64,000 bases of DNA. Origin: Deferribacterales bacterium. Lineage in GTDB: Bacteria > Chrysiogenota > Deferribacteres > Deferribacterales > Geovibrionaceae. A program made the position numbers and the translations under genes. The notes beneath the pieces were generated by a model. It saw nothing but the letters and a program-made list of their open reading frames with translations. It did no database searches and was not told the DNA's origin. Below, piece by piece: positions 41,811 to 52,527 of the stretch (positions are counted from its first letter, which is position 1; the number at the start of each line of letters is the position of its first letter). The stretch is taken from the NCBI GenBank assembly GCA_050253335.1, contig JBFWJG010000002.1, forward strand, positions 24,269 through 88,268, read 5' to 3'.

Positions 41811-43143
41811 GCCGTTTTCCGAAACTTTTTACGCGAATAAAGACCTCAACTTCAGAGATCTTGAAAAACTGCAGACAATAAACAGCAATGCGCCCCTTGA
41901 ACAGTCAGCGGCGGCGGGTCTGATAATGGGCAGGTATTACATACGAAAAAGCCAGTTTGACAAGGGGCTGAAGTTTCTGGAACGGAACTACAGGGAAACC
42001 TACCTGTCCAGATACATGCGTTTTTCCGGAATGCTCTGGCTTTTTGACGCCTATGTTAAAACCGGAAAGGAAGACAAGGCGCTTGAGTATTACACAATGA
42101 TCAGCAACAGGAAGGACGAGGAGCCTTTTCCTTCCGTTATAAAAACTTACTGCTCCTCAGAGGGGATAAAAGCGGGGGATGACCCCTTCGCTGACTGTGT
42201 GGACAGCAGGCTGAAGCCTTCATCGGCGGACAAGGCAAAGAAAGAGCCCGCGGAAGAGAGCATAACGGTAGAAATCAAGGAACCAGATCCTGTTCCCGCT
42301 CCGGTTATAGTCAGAGAGGAGACAAAGGCGGATAAAGTGTTCCTGGTGGGCGGCAGCCACATGGAGTTTATGCAGGCGGCCATAGCCGCTGTTGCCTACA
42401 AGCGTGCACCCTTCAAGCTTGAAATGGGTGACGGCATAGGCTTTAACTCGGCAAAGATAGACCCCTTCCACAGAACAGTGCAGGTGGACGGAAACACATA
42501 CAGGTTTGACATAAGCAAGGATGACATTGTGGCTGAGGCAACAGGATACGCTGTGCTTGAAAAAGCAGTAACCGTTCTGGCCGCTTCAAATGAATACACC
42601 GTTCAGGCGGAACTGGCGGCGAAAGAACTCAGAGCGCAGAACATAAGGGTCCATATCATCAACTTTGAGAAAGGAAATTTTCAGAACGAGATGAAATCCA
42701 TAACCTCAAAGGACGGGAAAGACACCCGCTATACGGTTGTGGTGTTCTCCCCTGAGATAAAGCTGATAAAAGTTGTGCCCCTTGTGCGCTACAGTGTGAA
42801 GAACCCCGAAAAAGTCCGCCTCCTCATCGGGACTGATTCATTCGGAAAAAGATACATGACAGATGACTACGCCGGCTACTTCCGCAGGGCGATGATTTTC
42901 ACCCCTGTCTATCTGGCAGGAAACGGAAACGCTTCAGAGTTCCGCAGGGTATACACTGAGCAGTACGGAGAGGAGCCCACGCTTTCCGCTTATATGGCAA
43001 ACGATATGATAGCCTTCCTGAAGGGCGAGCCGGTTTCTTCTTTTGCTACGGATGTCAGGTATATGGACGCAGGAAGAGCAGTGAGGAGCGTTAAAGGGTT
43101 CAGGTTCATTTCCGCTGATAAAATAGAAGTGCTGGGGCAGTAG
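41701..43143 (+). CDS. Hypothetical lipoprotein, possibly LpoA/LppC-like (helical N-domain + periplasmic-binding-type C-domain)
   Basis: Lipobox TVSC; TPR-like N-half; F...Y...YG.EP...AY...D pattern near C-terminus. Confidence 0.55.
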   Translation: MSGLKNHLRGLTLLLAAAAVLLTVSCAARPQVSVPVEPFSETFYANKDLNFRDLEKLQTINSNAPLEQSAAAGLIMGRYYIRKSQFDKGLKFLERNYRETYLSRYMRFSGMLWLFDAYVKTGKEDKALEYYTMISNRKDEEPFPSVIKTYCSSEGIKAGDDPFADCVDSRLKPSSADKAKKEPAEESITVEIKEPDPVPAPVIVREETKADKVFLVGGSHMEFMQAAIAAVAYKRAPFKLEMGDGIGFNSAKIDPFHRTVQVDGNTYRFDISKDDIVAEATGYAVLEKAVTVLAASNEYTVQAELAAKELRAQNIRVHIINFEKGNFQNEMKSITSKDGKDTRYTVVVFSPEIKLIKVVPLVRYSVKNPEKVRLLIGTDSFGKRYMTDDYAGYFRRAMIFTPVYLAGNGNASEFRRVYTEQYGEEPTLSAYMANDMIAFLKGEPVSSFATDVRYMDAGRAVRSVKGFRFISADKIEVLGQ

Positions 43144-43144
43144 A

Positions 43145-43651
43145 ATGAGCTTCAGAGATATAGCCGAAGGCAGATACAGCTGCCGTGATTACATGGAAAA
43201 AGAAGTAAGCTGTGAAGATCTCGAATATATGCTGGAGTGCGCCCGCCTCGCTCCCAGCGCATGCAATCTCCAGCCTTGGAAAATATATATGGTGCGGGAT
43301 GAGAAAGTCAGGGAAGCTGTCTGCGGGGCATACCCTAGAGACTGGCTGAAAAACGCTCCGGTTATCGCTGTTTTCTGCGGTCTGAAGGGTGAGGGCTGGA
43401 AGAGGGCGGACGGTGCAGACTACCTTATGTGCGATGTGTCCATAACAGCGGATCATTTCATAAACGCAGCGAGTGAAAGAGGGCTCGGAACCTGCTGGAT
43501 AGCCGCTTTTGATGAAAAGAAGCTCGCAGAGGCGCTCAGGCTGCCTGAAAACGAAAAGCCTTATATTATGACTCCCGTGGGTTATGCCGCCGGCAAAGCT
43601 CCGTCAGGGAAAAAGAGGAAAAGCCTTCAGGACATCTGCTGTTTTATTTGA
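43145..43651 (+). CDS. Nitroreductase family protein
   Basis: RYSCR, APSACNLQPW, GLGTCWI. Confidence 0.92.
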   Translation: MSFRDIAEGRYSCRDYMEKEVSCEDLEYMLECARLAPSACNLQPWKIYMVRDEKVREAVCGAYPRDWLKNAPVIAVFCGLKGEGWKRADGADYLMCDVSITADHFINAASERGLGTCWIAAFDEKKLAEALRLPENEKPYIMTPVGYAAGKAPSGKKRKSLQDICCFI

Positions 43652-43869
43652 ATGCTAATTTTATAATTTGCGTGTATTATTGGTAAAGCAGGCGCAAAAA
43701 AGCGTCTGCAAGCCTGTTCCGCCTGTTTTCAGGCTGACCTGCCGCTTGCATACTCAAACATGAATTTATATTGACAAAAAATAAGATTATATAATAGATT
43801 TAAATACCTATGCGTTGGCTGCTTATTTTCGTAACAACGTTTGGTTTTAATTTATTATCGGAGATTAAA

Positions 43870-44646
43870 ATGAAAAGAGATAAGTCGGAATATGCCGTAC
43901 AGGCGGTCAACAACGCCATAGATATTCTTGAGCTGCTCGGCGACGGTGAGCACGAACTCAGCATAAGCGATGTGGTTACAAAGCTGAACCTCACCAGAAG
44001 CAATGTGAACAAGCTGCTGGCCACGCTTGAGATGTTCGGCTATGTGGAGTACAACCGCTACACAGGCAACTTCAGGCTCGGCGTGAAAACATTCCAGATC
44101 TCTCAGGCTTACATAAACAAGCTGAACATTATAGAAATCTCCATTCAGGTTCTCCAGCAGCTCAAGCAGCAGACAGGGGAATCCGCCTATATCAGCGTAA
44201 TGAGGGACGGCAATGTCGTTTACCTTAACGTTATAGAGACAGATCACGCTGTCAGGGTTCTGCCCCGGATTGGCAATGTGGGCCCTGCTTATGCCACTGC
44301 CACAGGCAAGGCGCAGCTCGCCTATTATGACCAGCGTGATGTTGAAAAGCTTTATCCGGGTGAGATGGTTACCTTCACAAAAAACACACTGGGCTCTATG
44401 GACGCTCTCAAGGCCGATCTCAAGCTTATTAAAGAGAGAGGCTACTCCATGGACGACGAGGAGTATGAACTCGGCGTGAGGTGTGTGGGTGCACCCGTGA
44501 GAGACTTCATGGGTAATGTTATAGCGGGAATAAGTGTAAGCGCGCCTGTTGAACGTATGCCTATGGAGCGTGTGGAAACAGAAGTGGCACACATAGTTCA
44601 GGAAGCGGCTAAGGCTCTTTCAGTCAAATTCGGCTACAGGGGCTAA
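43870..44646 (+). CDS. IclR family transcriptional regulator
   Basis: N-terminal HTH, ATATGKA, RGYS.DDEEYELGVRCVGAPV; start MKRDKSEY after ggag. Confidence 0.93.
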   Translation: MKRDKSEYAVQAVNNAIDILELLGDGEHELSISDVVTKLNLTRSNVNKLLATLEMFGYVEYNRYTGNFRLGVKTFQISQAYINKLNIIEISIQVLQQLKQQTGESAYISVMRDGNVVYLNVIETDHAVRVLPRIGNVGPAYATATGKAQLAYYDQRDVEKLYPGEMVTFTKNTLGSMDALKADLKLIKERGYSMDDEEYELGVRCVGAPVRDFMGNVIAGISVSAPVERMPMERVETEVAHIVQEAAKALSVKFGYRG

Positions 44647-44751
44647 ACATAACCCCTGAGCCCTGAGAGGCTTTCCTGCAGCTCCGGCTGCCGCTTATCC
44701 TGCTGCGGGCTTACGGCCGCCATGTTCCCTCAATTCCCGGGCGGTGTGATT

Positions 44752-46995
44752 ATGTTGCCTTCCGTCAGCATACTTTTTGTCGAAGACTCAGGGGTGGAAA
44801 AAAACAGAATCCTTGAAGCTCTGAGAAAACATTTCACAATAGAGATCCATGCACTCGCCTCAACCACGGACGAATTCCACGAACTTCTTACAGGACACCA
44901 CTGGGACCTTGTTGTCTCGGAGGAATACCTCAGCAAAACAGACGCTTTTGAGATACTGGATATAATCAACGCTTCCGGACGCGAGATACCTTTCTTTGTT
45001 TTTTCGGCATATTCAGATGTGCGCGGCGCTGTGGAGTGTGTACGGCGGGGCGCGGCGGATTTCCGCACCAAGGATGACATAGCGGGTCTGATGGATTCGG
45101 TGAAAAATGTTCTCAGCCGCAGACGAATCCGCCGTGAGGACGATGAATATGAACGGGAACTCCTGATTGACATAATAGAAGAAAGCAGGGATCTCATATT
45201 TCTCATAGACGAAAAAAGCCTCAGGTTCAGGTATGTAAACCGTGCCGTAATAGAAAAAACAGGCTACAGCTTCGGGGAACTGAGGAATATGACGCCTGTA
45301 GACCTCGTGCGCAACCTGAGCGCGGAGCTTCTCCGTGAACGGCTGACGGGAATAGCTGAGGGCGAGCAGGACAAGGTTGTCCTCTTCACCGAGATAGTTT
45401 CAAAATCGGGCGGGATATACCAGAGCGAAGCCACTATACAGTTGGTTTACCGGAAGAACGAAAGTCTTTTTTACGCCCGTCTGGAAGACCTGAGCGAGAA
45501 AATACGCACCCATGAAAACGCAATGAGGATGATGCAGGTTATAGAATACAGCACATCCGGCATTTTCGTTACCGAGAAGGACGGAACTATCACCTACGCG
45601 AACCCCAAGCTGCACAGGCAGACGGGATTCGGAGAAAAAGATATAATCGGCAGCAACATAAAGATAATCAAAAATGTAATAGAAGACAGTGCGGAGTATG
45701 ACCGCATCTGGTCAACGGTTTTGTCCGGCAGGCGCTGGGCAGGGCGGACAAAGAGCAAAACGAAGGACGGAGGCGAGGTGGAGGTTATTTCCTTTGTCTC
45801 CCCCATAAGGAACTCCAAAGGCGAGATAACGAATCTGGCTTTCTTTGATGAGGATGCCACACTCGCAAACGAAATGAAGATGCAGCTTATTCACGCCCAG
45901 AAGATGGAAACCCTCGGAGAACTGGCGGGCGGTATAGCCCATGATTTCAACAATGTTCTGACGGCCGTTGGCGGATTTGCCAGCGTAATAAGCAGGAAGC
46001 TGAAAGACAGAAAGGATATAAGCTATCTGGCTGATAAGCTTGTTGAGCTTGCCGAATCCGGCAGGGCGCTCACTCAGGGGCTTCTGGGCTACAGCAGGAA
46101 GCAGGAACAGGAGTTCCGTATAATAGAAGTGGACAGAGCAATAAGAAAGGTGACCGACATCATCTCCCTTGTTTTTCCGGAGGATGTTGTAATAGACGCT
46201 GATATGAACTGCGGCGGAGTGCGGATAAGAGCAATAGAATCCCAGATCGAGCAGATTCTGCTTAACCTTGCGAACAACGCCAGAGACGCTATGCCGGACG
46301 GAGGGCTTCTGACAGTCGCAAGCTCTAAAAGCCCCTCAGGCAGGAGCGCCCTGATTCGTATAGGGGATACAGGCACAGGGATGCCGGCCGATGTTCTGGC
46401 TAATATTTTCAAGCCTTTCTTTACCACTAAGAGCGAAGGAAAAGGCACAGGCCTTGGGCTTGCCATAGTGAAGGACCTCATGGACTCCCATGGCGGAAAG
46501 ATCACCTGTGACAGCGTGCTGGGTCAGGGAACGGTTTTTACACTGGAGTTTCCCCTTGTGGACATAGACGAGATCTCCTGCGCCGCCGCCACTGCGGACA
46601 GCCTTGTGAGACTGGACGGCTCAGTGGTGGTGATAGATGATGATGCGGGCGTCAGAGAGGGCATAGAGACAATGCTCAGCGAATTCGGCTACCGCCCCGA
46701 AAGCTTTGACGGGTATCCCGCCATGCACGGCAGGCTCGGAAATCTGGGAAATGTGTCCATGGCTGTCATAGATCTTGTGCTTTCTGATTCAGGAAGCATA
46801 ATGGCCGGGGAAGCGCTTCTTGAGAAATACGGCAGTCTGCCGATAATCTATATGACGGGTTATGATGACGAGTCGCTCAGGGCAAAAGGGATAGACACAG
46901 CGGGAAAAACAGTTTTGAGAAAGCCTGTTTTTGCTCACTCTCTGCTGAAGGCAATGGCTGAGGCAGCCGGTGAAAAAAGTGCGGGCGGCAGGTAA
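44752..46995 (+). CDS. Hybrid sensor histidine kinase (REC-PAS-PAS-HisKA-HATPase-REC)
   Basis: AGGIAHDFNN H-box, NARDAMP, DTGTGM, FFTTK, GTGLGL; REC domains at both ends. Confidence 0.92.
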   Translation: MLPSVSILFVEDSGVEKNRILEALRKHFTIEIHALASTTDEFHELLTGHHWDLVVSEEYLSKTDAFEILDIINASGREIPFFVFSAYSDVRGAVECVRRGAADFRTKDDIAGLMDSVKNVLSRRRIRREDDEYERELLIDIIEESRDLIFLIDEKSLRFRYVNRAVIEKTGYSFGELRNMTPVDLVRNLSAELLRERLTGIAEGEQDKVVLFTEIVSKSGGIYQSEATIQLVYRKNESLFYARLEDLSEKIRTHENAMRMMQVIEYSTSGIFVTEKDGTITYANPKLHRQTGFGEKDIIGSNIKIIKNVIEDSAEYDRIWSTVLSGRRWAGRTKSKTKDGGEVEVISFVSPIRNSKGEITNLAFFDEDATLANEMKMQLIHAQKMETLGELAGGIAHDFNNVLTAVGGFASVISRKLKDRKDISYLADKLVELAESGRALTQGLLGYSRKQEQEFRIIEVDRAIRKVTDIISLVFPEDVVIDADMNCGGVRIRAIESQIEQILLNLANNARDAMPDGGLLTVASSKSPSGRSALIRIGDTGTGMPADVLANIFKPFFTTKSEGKGTGLGLAIVKDLMDSHGGKITCDSVLGQGTVFTLEFPLVDIDEISCAAATADSLVRLDGSVVVIDDDAGVREGIETMLSEFGYRPESFDGYPAMHGRLGNLGNVSMAVIDLVLSDSGSIMAGEALLEKYGSLPIIYMTGYDDESLRAKGIDTAGKTVLRKPVFAHSLLKAMAEAAGEKSAGGR

Positions 46996-47037
46996 TATTA
47001 CCTGTTAATATATTTATAAATATTATTAATCTAAAGC

Positions 47038-48354
47038 ATGAAGGTTGAGATGAATAAATGGACGGAAGATTTTCCTGAAGCGATGAAGGAAATCACGATA
47101 CTTTGTGTTGAGGACGAATCCGATGCCAGAGACAAGCTTTCGGGCTTTCTGAGCAAGAATTTCGGCATTGTGTACAGCGCGTCCGACGGTATAGAGGGTC
47201 TTGAGATGTTCAAGGCCGAAAAGCCGGATATAATCATAACAGATATTCAGATGCCCCTCATGAACGGGCTTGAGATGGCTGAGGAGATCAGAAAGGAAAA
47301 TGCCGATGTGCCCATCATAATCACCACCGGCTATGATGATGAAAAATATCTCGTGGGCTCCATAGACATAGGCGCCATGAAATATATCAAGAAGCCTGTG
47401 GACATCAAAAAACTGAGAAGCCTTCTCAGCGAAGTCGCCCTCAACATCATCCAGAAAAAAGAGAAAGCGAAGAAAGACAGGCTCCTGCGCCTTGTTATGG
47501 AAAACTCATCGGAGTTCTACCTCATAACCGACCTTGAAAAAATCTACTACATGAACACGGCGTTCCTCCGATACATCGGCTACAGCGATATGGATGAACT
47601 CGGCAGCAAGAGCTCCGTTCTTGAAAACGTGAACATACTGAAAGACGGCAGCGGGTACTGCGGGGCAGACCTGCGGAACTGGCTGAAAAAGGCTGTTTCC
47701 GAAAACCTTGATGAGGCAGTGCTCAAGATGCAGGGTGCAGGCAAGCTCAAAAGCGAGGCTAAGAATTTTCTGATGCGGATCAATAAGGTTGAGGAGGAAA
47801 ACTCCGTCCTTGTTTCAATGGTGGATATCTCCACTCTGGAAACCGTTGCCTCAATAGTGGAGACGCCCGCTATGATTGACCCGCTCACCGGAGTGGTAAA
47901 CAGGCAGAAATTCATTGAAGAGCTTGACAGAGAGCTCTACAGAGTTCAGCGCTATACCCGCCCCCTTTGCCTTATACTTTTTGATATAGACGGTTTCAGT
48001 GAAATAAACGAACGATACGGACGGCAGGTCGGCGACAGCATAATCAAAGAGATAGCCCAGCTTGTTAAGCACAATGTCCGTGTTGTGGACACCTTCGCCC
48101 GCTACGGCGGAGAGGAGTTCATAATCCTTGCTCCCGAGACGGACATAAACGGCGGATTTGCCCTTGCGGACAAGATCCGCGGGAAGATAGAGCGTGAGCA
48201 GTTTTCCCATGTCGGCAGGGTTACGTGCAGCTTCGGGGTAACGGAATATGTTCTTCTCCAGTCGAGGGATCTGATAATAAAAACAGCGGATGACGCTCTT
48301 TACATGGCAAAAAGCAGAGGACGCAACAGGGTTGAGAAAGTAGCTTTCCTTTAA
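47038..48354 (+). CDS. Response regulator diguanylate cyclase (REC-PAS-like-GGDEF)
   Basis: ITDIQMP receiver; DPLTG, RVVD I-site, GGEEF A-site. Confidence 0.93.
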   Translation: MKVEMNKWTEDFPEAMKEITILCVEDESDARDKLSGFLSKNFGIVYSASDGIEGLEMFKAEKPDIIITDIQMPLMNGLEMAEEIRKENADVPIIITTGYDDEKYLVGSIDIGAMKYIKKPVDIKKLRSLLSEVALNIIQKKEKAKKDRLLRLVMENSSEFYLITDLEKIYYMNTAFLRYIGYSDMDELGSKSSVLENVNILKDGSGYCGADLRNWLKKAVSENLDEAVLKMQGAGKLKSEAKNFLMRINKVEEENSVLVSMVDISTLETVASIVETPAMIDPLTGVVNRQKFIEELDRELYRVQRYTRPLCLILFDIDGFSEINERYGRQVGDSIIKEIAQLVKHNVRVVDTFARYGGEEFIILAPETDINGGFALADKIRGKIEREQFSHVGRVTCSFGVTEYVLLQSRDLIIKTADDALYMAKSRGRNRVEKVAFL

Positions 48355-48380
48355 AGAATAAATAAATTTTGCGGTGATTA

Positions 48381-48770
48381 ATGAAAGTGTTCCGCCATGC
48401 GGTTATTTCCCCTGCACTGCCTGAAGAATATCTGGATATGAAGACACTCGGCCTCCTCAGCGCCTCCAACTTTAAAGGCGAGAAGCAGGAGGACGGGCGG
48501 GTGCTTTTTTCATCGGAAGACCCTTGCGGTGTGGACGAGCTCTGCTCGCGCCTCGCAGCGGTTATTGAGCACAGGCTTCAGGAAAACAGGGCGGATTATC
48601 CAGTGTCGGTTGCGCTGAAAATCTCCCTTGCAGACGCTGAAACGGGGATATGCGGGGGCGAGGCGTATTTTATCACCGCTTTTCATGTTGAGCACTTCTC
48701 CACAGAGCAGTGGCTGGAGGAGAAGATACAGGAGCATGCAAGCGCGGCGGAAATCGAGTTTTTTGACTGA
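48381..48770 (+). CDS. Hypothetical protein
   Basis: 129 aa ORF in operon orientation; no recognised motif. Confidence 0.55.
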   Translation: MKVFRHAVISPALPEEYLDMKTLGLLSASNFKGEKQEDGRVLFSSEDPCGVDELCSRLAAVIEHRLQENRADYPVSVALKISLADAETGICGGEAYFITAFHVEHFSTEQWLEEKIQEHASAAEIEFFD

Positions 48771-48779
48771 AATTAATGT

Positions 48780-48795
48780 TGTTTCACATGAAACA
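48780..48795. promoter_or_regulatory. parS site (1 mismatch)
   Basis: TGTTTCACATGAAACA, intergenic. Confidence 0.75.
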
Positions 48796-48845
48796 TTTTA
48801 TATAATAGGCACTTAAAATCACTTATCCATGGCAGGTACTTTCCT

Positions 48846-49547
48846 TTGTCAAATCAGCTTTCAAAAGGTTTCAGGCACGCGCTGCCCATAGCGGCGGGTT
48901 ATTTCCCCGTTGCGGTTTCTTTCGGGCTTACGGCGGTTTCGGCAGGGCTGGACGGCTGGCTCGCCGTTCTTATGTCACTTATAGTTTTCGCAGGCGCTTC
49001 CCAGTTTGTGGGTGCGGGCATGTTCGGCATGGGGGTCGGAGGCTGGGAGATTGTTCTCACCACGTTTGTTCTGAATTTCCGTCACTTCCTCATGAGTTCG
49101 TCACTCTCAAGAAGACTGCCGGAAGGAGCCACTAAGCCTCAGTCGGCACTGGCGGCATTCGGCGTAACTGACGAAACCTTCGCCGTGGCAAGTATGAGCG
49201 GGGGTGAAAAGATTGCGCCTTCATATCTTTACGGACTTAACTTCACGGCTTACGCCGCATGGACTTCAGGAACCCTTGCTGGGGTCATGGCGGGATCAAT
49301 CTTGGGCGACACCCTGAAGCAGAGCCTGACTTTCGGGTTGTATGCGCTTTTCATCGGCCTGCTTGTGCCGGAACTGAAAAGAGCCAGACCGGCGGTAACT
49401 GCAGCATTAAGCTCAATGGCCGTCAGCGGGGGGCTTTACTTTCAGCCCTTTTTTGAGATGGGCTCAGGCTGGATGATTGTCTGCGCCACAGCCGCGGGAG
49501 CGCTCACAGCCGCAGTCATGCACGGAGAAGAGAATGAGCAAGCTTAA
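48846..49547 (+). CDS. azlC: AzlC family branched-chain amino acid exporter permease
   Basis: FAGASQF, NFRHFLMS, TDETFAV. Confidence 0.92.
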   Translation: MSNQLSKGFRHALPIAAGYFPVAVSFGLTAVSAGLDGWLAVLMSLIVFAGASQFVGAGMFGMGVGGWEIVLTTFVLNFRHFLMSSSLSRRLPEGATKPQSALAAFGVTDETFAVASMSGGEKIAPSYLYGLNFTAYAAWTSGTLAGVMAGSILGDTLKQSLTFGLYALFIGLLVPELKRARPAVTAALSSMAVSGGLYFQPFFEMGSGWMIVCATAAGALTAAVMHGEENEQA

Positions 49548-49833
49548 CATAATTATACTCATGGCGTTTGTGACATACATCCCGAGGATGCTGCCCATGG
49601 TCTTCCTGAAAAATATGCGCCTTGCACCGTGGCTGAACCGGTTTCTGAGATTCATCCCCTATGCTTCCCTTGGCGCGCTTATATTTCCCGGTGCTCTGTT
49701 TTCGGTTAATCCGCCCGTCGCCGCCGCAGGAGGGATCATAACCTCGGCGGTGCTTGCGTTCATGGGGAGAAGCCTTATTGCGGTATTCGCATCAGGAGTA
49801 ATGGCGGTTTATATCCTGCTTATGCTGTTATAA
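49534..49833 (+). CDS. azlD: AzlD family protein
   Basis: VTYIPRMLP, FIPYA.LGALIFP; overlaps azlC 3' end. Confidence 0.88.
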   Translation: MSKLNIIILMAFVTYIPRMLPMVFLKNMRLAPWLNRFLRFIPYASLGALIFPGALFSVNPPVAAAGGIITSAVLAFMGRSLIAVFASGVMAVYILLMLL

Positions 49834-49909
49834 ATAAAAGAGGGGGCTTCCTTCCATCGAAAGAGCCCCCCGAAAATGCTTTAAACTATAGGCTTAAAAT
49901 GCTCAGGAT

Positions 49910-52513
49910 CTAAACATCTTCAGTGTCTGCTTCGTTCTGGCCGCAGCATTTCTTATATTTTTTGCCGCTTCCGCAGGGGCAGTCGTCGTTTCTGCCCACT
50001 TTGGGAACCACTCTTCTGACAGGTTTCGCTTTTTCCTCTTTGGGAGCGGCGGAGAGAATGTCTCTGCGCTCTTCGGATATTTTAGCGGTTTTCTGTCTTT
50101 CCTGTTCTTTCTTTTCAAGATCCACATCTTCCTGCTTCTGGCTCATTCTCACATTGAAGAGAATGCGGCAGGTGTTGGAGTACACCCTGTCCATGAGTCC
50201 GGCGAAGAGGTTGAAAGCTTCACGTTTGTATTCGTTGAGCGGGTCTTTCTGGCCGTAGCCTCTGAGGCGCACGCTGTCACGGAGGTGATCCATGCTGAGC
50301 AGGTGCTCCTTCCATTTGTCATCCAGCATACTGATCATCAGATAGCTGAAAAGGCCTCTGTAATGCTCGCCGAACTCGGCTTTTTTTGCATCGAATTTCT
50401 CTTTGATTTTCTGAGCGGCGGTATTGAGAAAATCCTCGGGCTTTTTGACATCTGTGGATATATCCTCAATGGCGAAGGTCTCTTTAAGCGCCTTGGCGAA
50501 GCCTTCGAGATCGGGTTTTTCCTGTGAGGTGACAAACTCGTCATACAATGCGTTGAGAGTGTTGTTTATGGTCTCCCTTGCCACTTCCTCCACCTGCCCC
50601 TTGTTCAGAATGCTGTTGCGGAGGCCGTAGACAATCGTTCTCTGCTGATTCATTACGTTATCGTAATCAAGCAGATACTTACGCACTTCAAAGTTCATCG
50701 CTTCCACTTTTTTCTGCGCATTCTCTATGGCTTTGGAGATTATATTATGCTCAATGGGCTCTCCGTCCTTCATGCCCAGCTTGTTCATGATGTAGGAGAT
50801 TTTTTCGGAACCGAAGATGCGCATAAGGTCATCCTCAAGGCTGAGGAAGAATCTTGATGAACCCGCATCCCCCTGACGGCCGGCACGGCCTCTGAGCTGA
50901 TTGTCTATCCTTCTGGATTCGTTGCGCTCCGTGCCGAGGATGTGGAGACCGCCGAGATCAAGAACACCTTCGCCCAGTTTAATATCCGTTCCTCGTCCCG
51001 CCATGTTGGTGGCGATGGTCACTGCGTTTTTCTGTCCGGCGAGGGCGACAATCTGCGCTTCGCGTTCGTGGTGCTTAGCGTTGAGAACTTCGTGCTTAAT
51101 CTTCTTTTTCTCAAGCATTCTGCTGACAAGCTCTGACTTTTCGATGGATGAAGTTCCCACAAGAACGGGACGGCCGAGCCTGTTCATCTCTTCTATTTCG
51201 GCTATGATAGCTTCGTACTTCTCGCGTGCGGTTTTGTAGATAACATCAGCCCTGTCGTTGCGCACCATTTTGCGGTGCGTGGGTATGCTTACGACACCGA
51301 GGCCGTATATCTGCATGAACTCGCCCGCTTCCGTGGCGGCTGTACCCGTCATCCCAGCAAGTTTTTCGTACATGCGGAAATAGTTCTGAAAGGTGATGGA
51401 GGCGAGGGTCTGGTTCTCGTTTTCGATAACCACCTGCTCCTTGGCTTCTATGGCCTGATGCTGTCCGTCGGAGTATCTTCTTCCGGGCATAAGCCTTCCT
51501 GTGAACTCATCGACAATGATAACCTTGCCGTTTTCCACAACGTAATCCTTGTCGCGCTTGAAGACCGCGTGAGCCTTCAGCGAGTTGTTTACATAGTGAA
51601 GGGTGTCCACATTGGCGACGTCAAAGAGGTTCTCAAGATCCAGTGTCTTTTCTATGGTGTTTATGCCTGCGTCCAGAAGCTGAACATCACGGCGCTTTTC
51701 GTCAACTTTATAGTCTGTTTCGGGTTTGAGCTGGCGGATCACTTCGTCAATTTTGTAGTAAACGTTGGTGGAGATGTCCGTGGGGCCGCTGATGATCAGG
51801 GGCGTTCTCGCTTCGTCTATGAGGATACTGTCCACTTCATCCACTATGGCGAAGTTCAGCTTTCTCTGGGACATGTCATTCACGGAGAGTTTCATGTTGT
51901 CGCGCAGGTAATCGAATCCGAACTCGTTGTTGGTTCCGTAGGTTATGTCTGCGGCGTATGCCTCTTTTCTGGTGCAGGGGGTGATTTTTGTGGTGAGCGC
52001 TTCTTCGTTTTCCCACTCCACAAGCCATGAAGCTTCATGCTGTATGATGCCCACGCTGAGACCGAGGGTGATGTAGATCGGGCTCATCCACTGCGCATCA
52101 CGCCTCGCCAGATAGTCGTTCACGGTGACAAGGTGCGAGCCCCTGCTCTCAAGAGCGTTAAGGTAAAGAGCGAGGGTCGCCACAAGGGTTTTTCCCTCAC
52201 CTGTTTTCATCTCGGCTATTTTGCCTTTGTGCAGGGCGTAGCCGCCGATGAGCTGAACATCGAAATGCCTCATGTTCATTCTGCGTTTGCTCACTTCCCT
52301 TACGGCGGCGAATGCCTCGGGAAGCAGGTCGTCAATGCTCTCTCCGTTTTCCAGCCTTCTGCGGAACTCCGCTGTGCAGGCTTTGAGCTCTTCTATGGAT
52401 TTTCTTTCAAAAACCGCCTCGAGAGAGTTTATTTTATCGACAACACCGGCTACCTTTTTCAGGTATCTCTGGTTAAAGTCGCCGAACAGTTTTTTCGCCA
52501 GTTCTTTAATCAT
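49910..52513 (-). CDS. secA: Preprotein translocase SecA
   Basis: [31 protein letters not shown]-terminal [13 protein letters not shown]. Confidence 0.99.
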   Translation of the reverse strand: MIKELAKKLFGDFNQRYLKKVAGVVDKINSLEAVFERKSIEELKACTAEFRRRLENGESIDDLLPEAFAAVREVSKRRMNMRHFDVQLIGGYALHKGKIAEMKTGEGKTLVATLALYLNALESRGSHLVTVNDYLARRDAQWMSPIYITLGLSVGIIQHEASWLVEWENEEALTTKITPCTRKEAYAADITYGTNNEFGFDYLRDNMKLSVNDMSQRKLNFAIVDEVDSILIDEARTPLIISGPTDISTNVYYKIDEVIRQLKPETDYKVDEKRRDVQLLDAGINTIEKTLDLENLFDVANVDTLHYVNNSLKAHAVFKRDKDYVVENGKVIIVDEFTGRLMPGRRYSDGQHQAIEAKEQVVIENENQTLASITFQNYFRMYEKLAGMTGTAATEAGEFMQIYGLGVVSIPTHRKMVRNDRADVIYKTAREKYEAIIAEIEEMNRLGRPVLVGTSSIEKSELVSRMLEKKKIKHEVLNAKHHEREAQIVALAGQKNAVTIATNMAGRGTDIKLGEGVLDLGGLHILGTERNESRRIDNQLRGRAGRQGDAGSSRFFLSLEDDLMRIFGSEKISYIMNKLGMKDGEPIEHNIISKAIENAQKKVEAMNFEVRKYLLDYDNVMNQQRTIVYGLRNSILNKGQVEEVARETINNTLNALYDEFVTSQEKPDLEGFAKALKETFAIEDISTDVKKPEDFLNTAAQKIKEKFDAKKAEFGEHYRGLFSYLMISMLDDKWKEHLLSMDHLRDSVRLRGYGQKDPLNEYKREAFNLFAGLMDRVYSNTCRILFNVRMSQKQEDVDLEKKEQERQKTAKISEERRDILSAAPKEEKAKPVRRVVPKVGRNDDCPCGSGKKYKKCCGQNEADTEDV

Positions 52514-52527
52514 CCTTTGACCTTCCT

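Noticed and set aside
43771..43800. Consensus sigma-70 promoter TTGACA...TATAAT for the IclR gene
   Set aside because: The perfect hexamers are only 13 bp apart; a weaker -10 (TAGATT, 18 bp spacer) is possible but not strong enough to list
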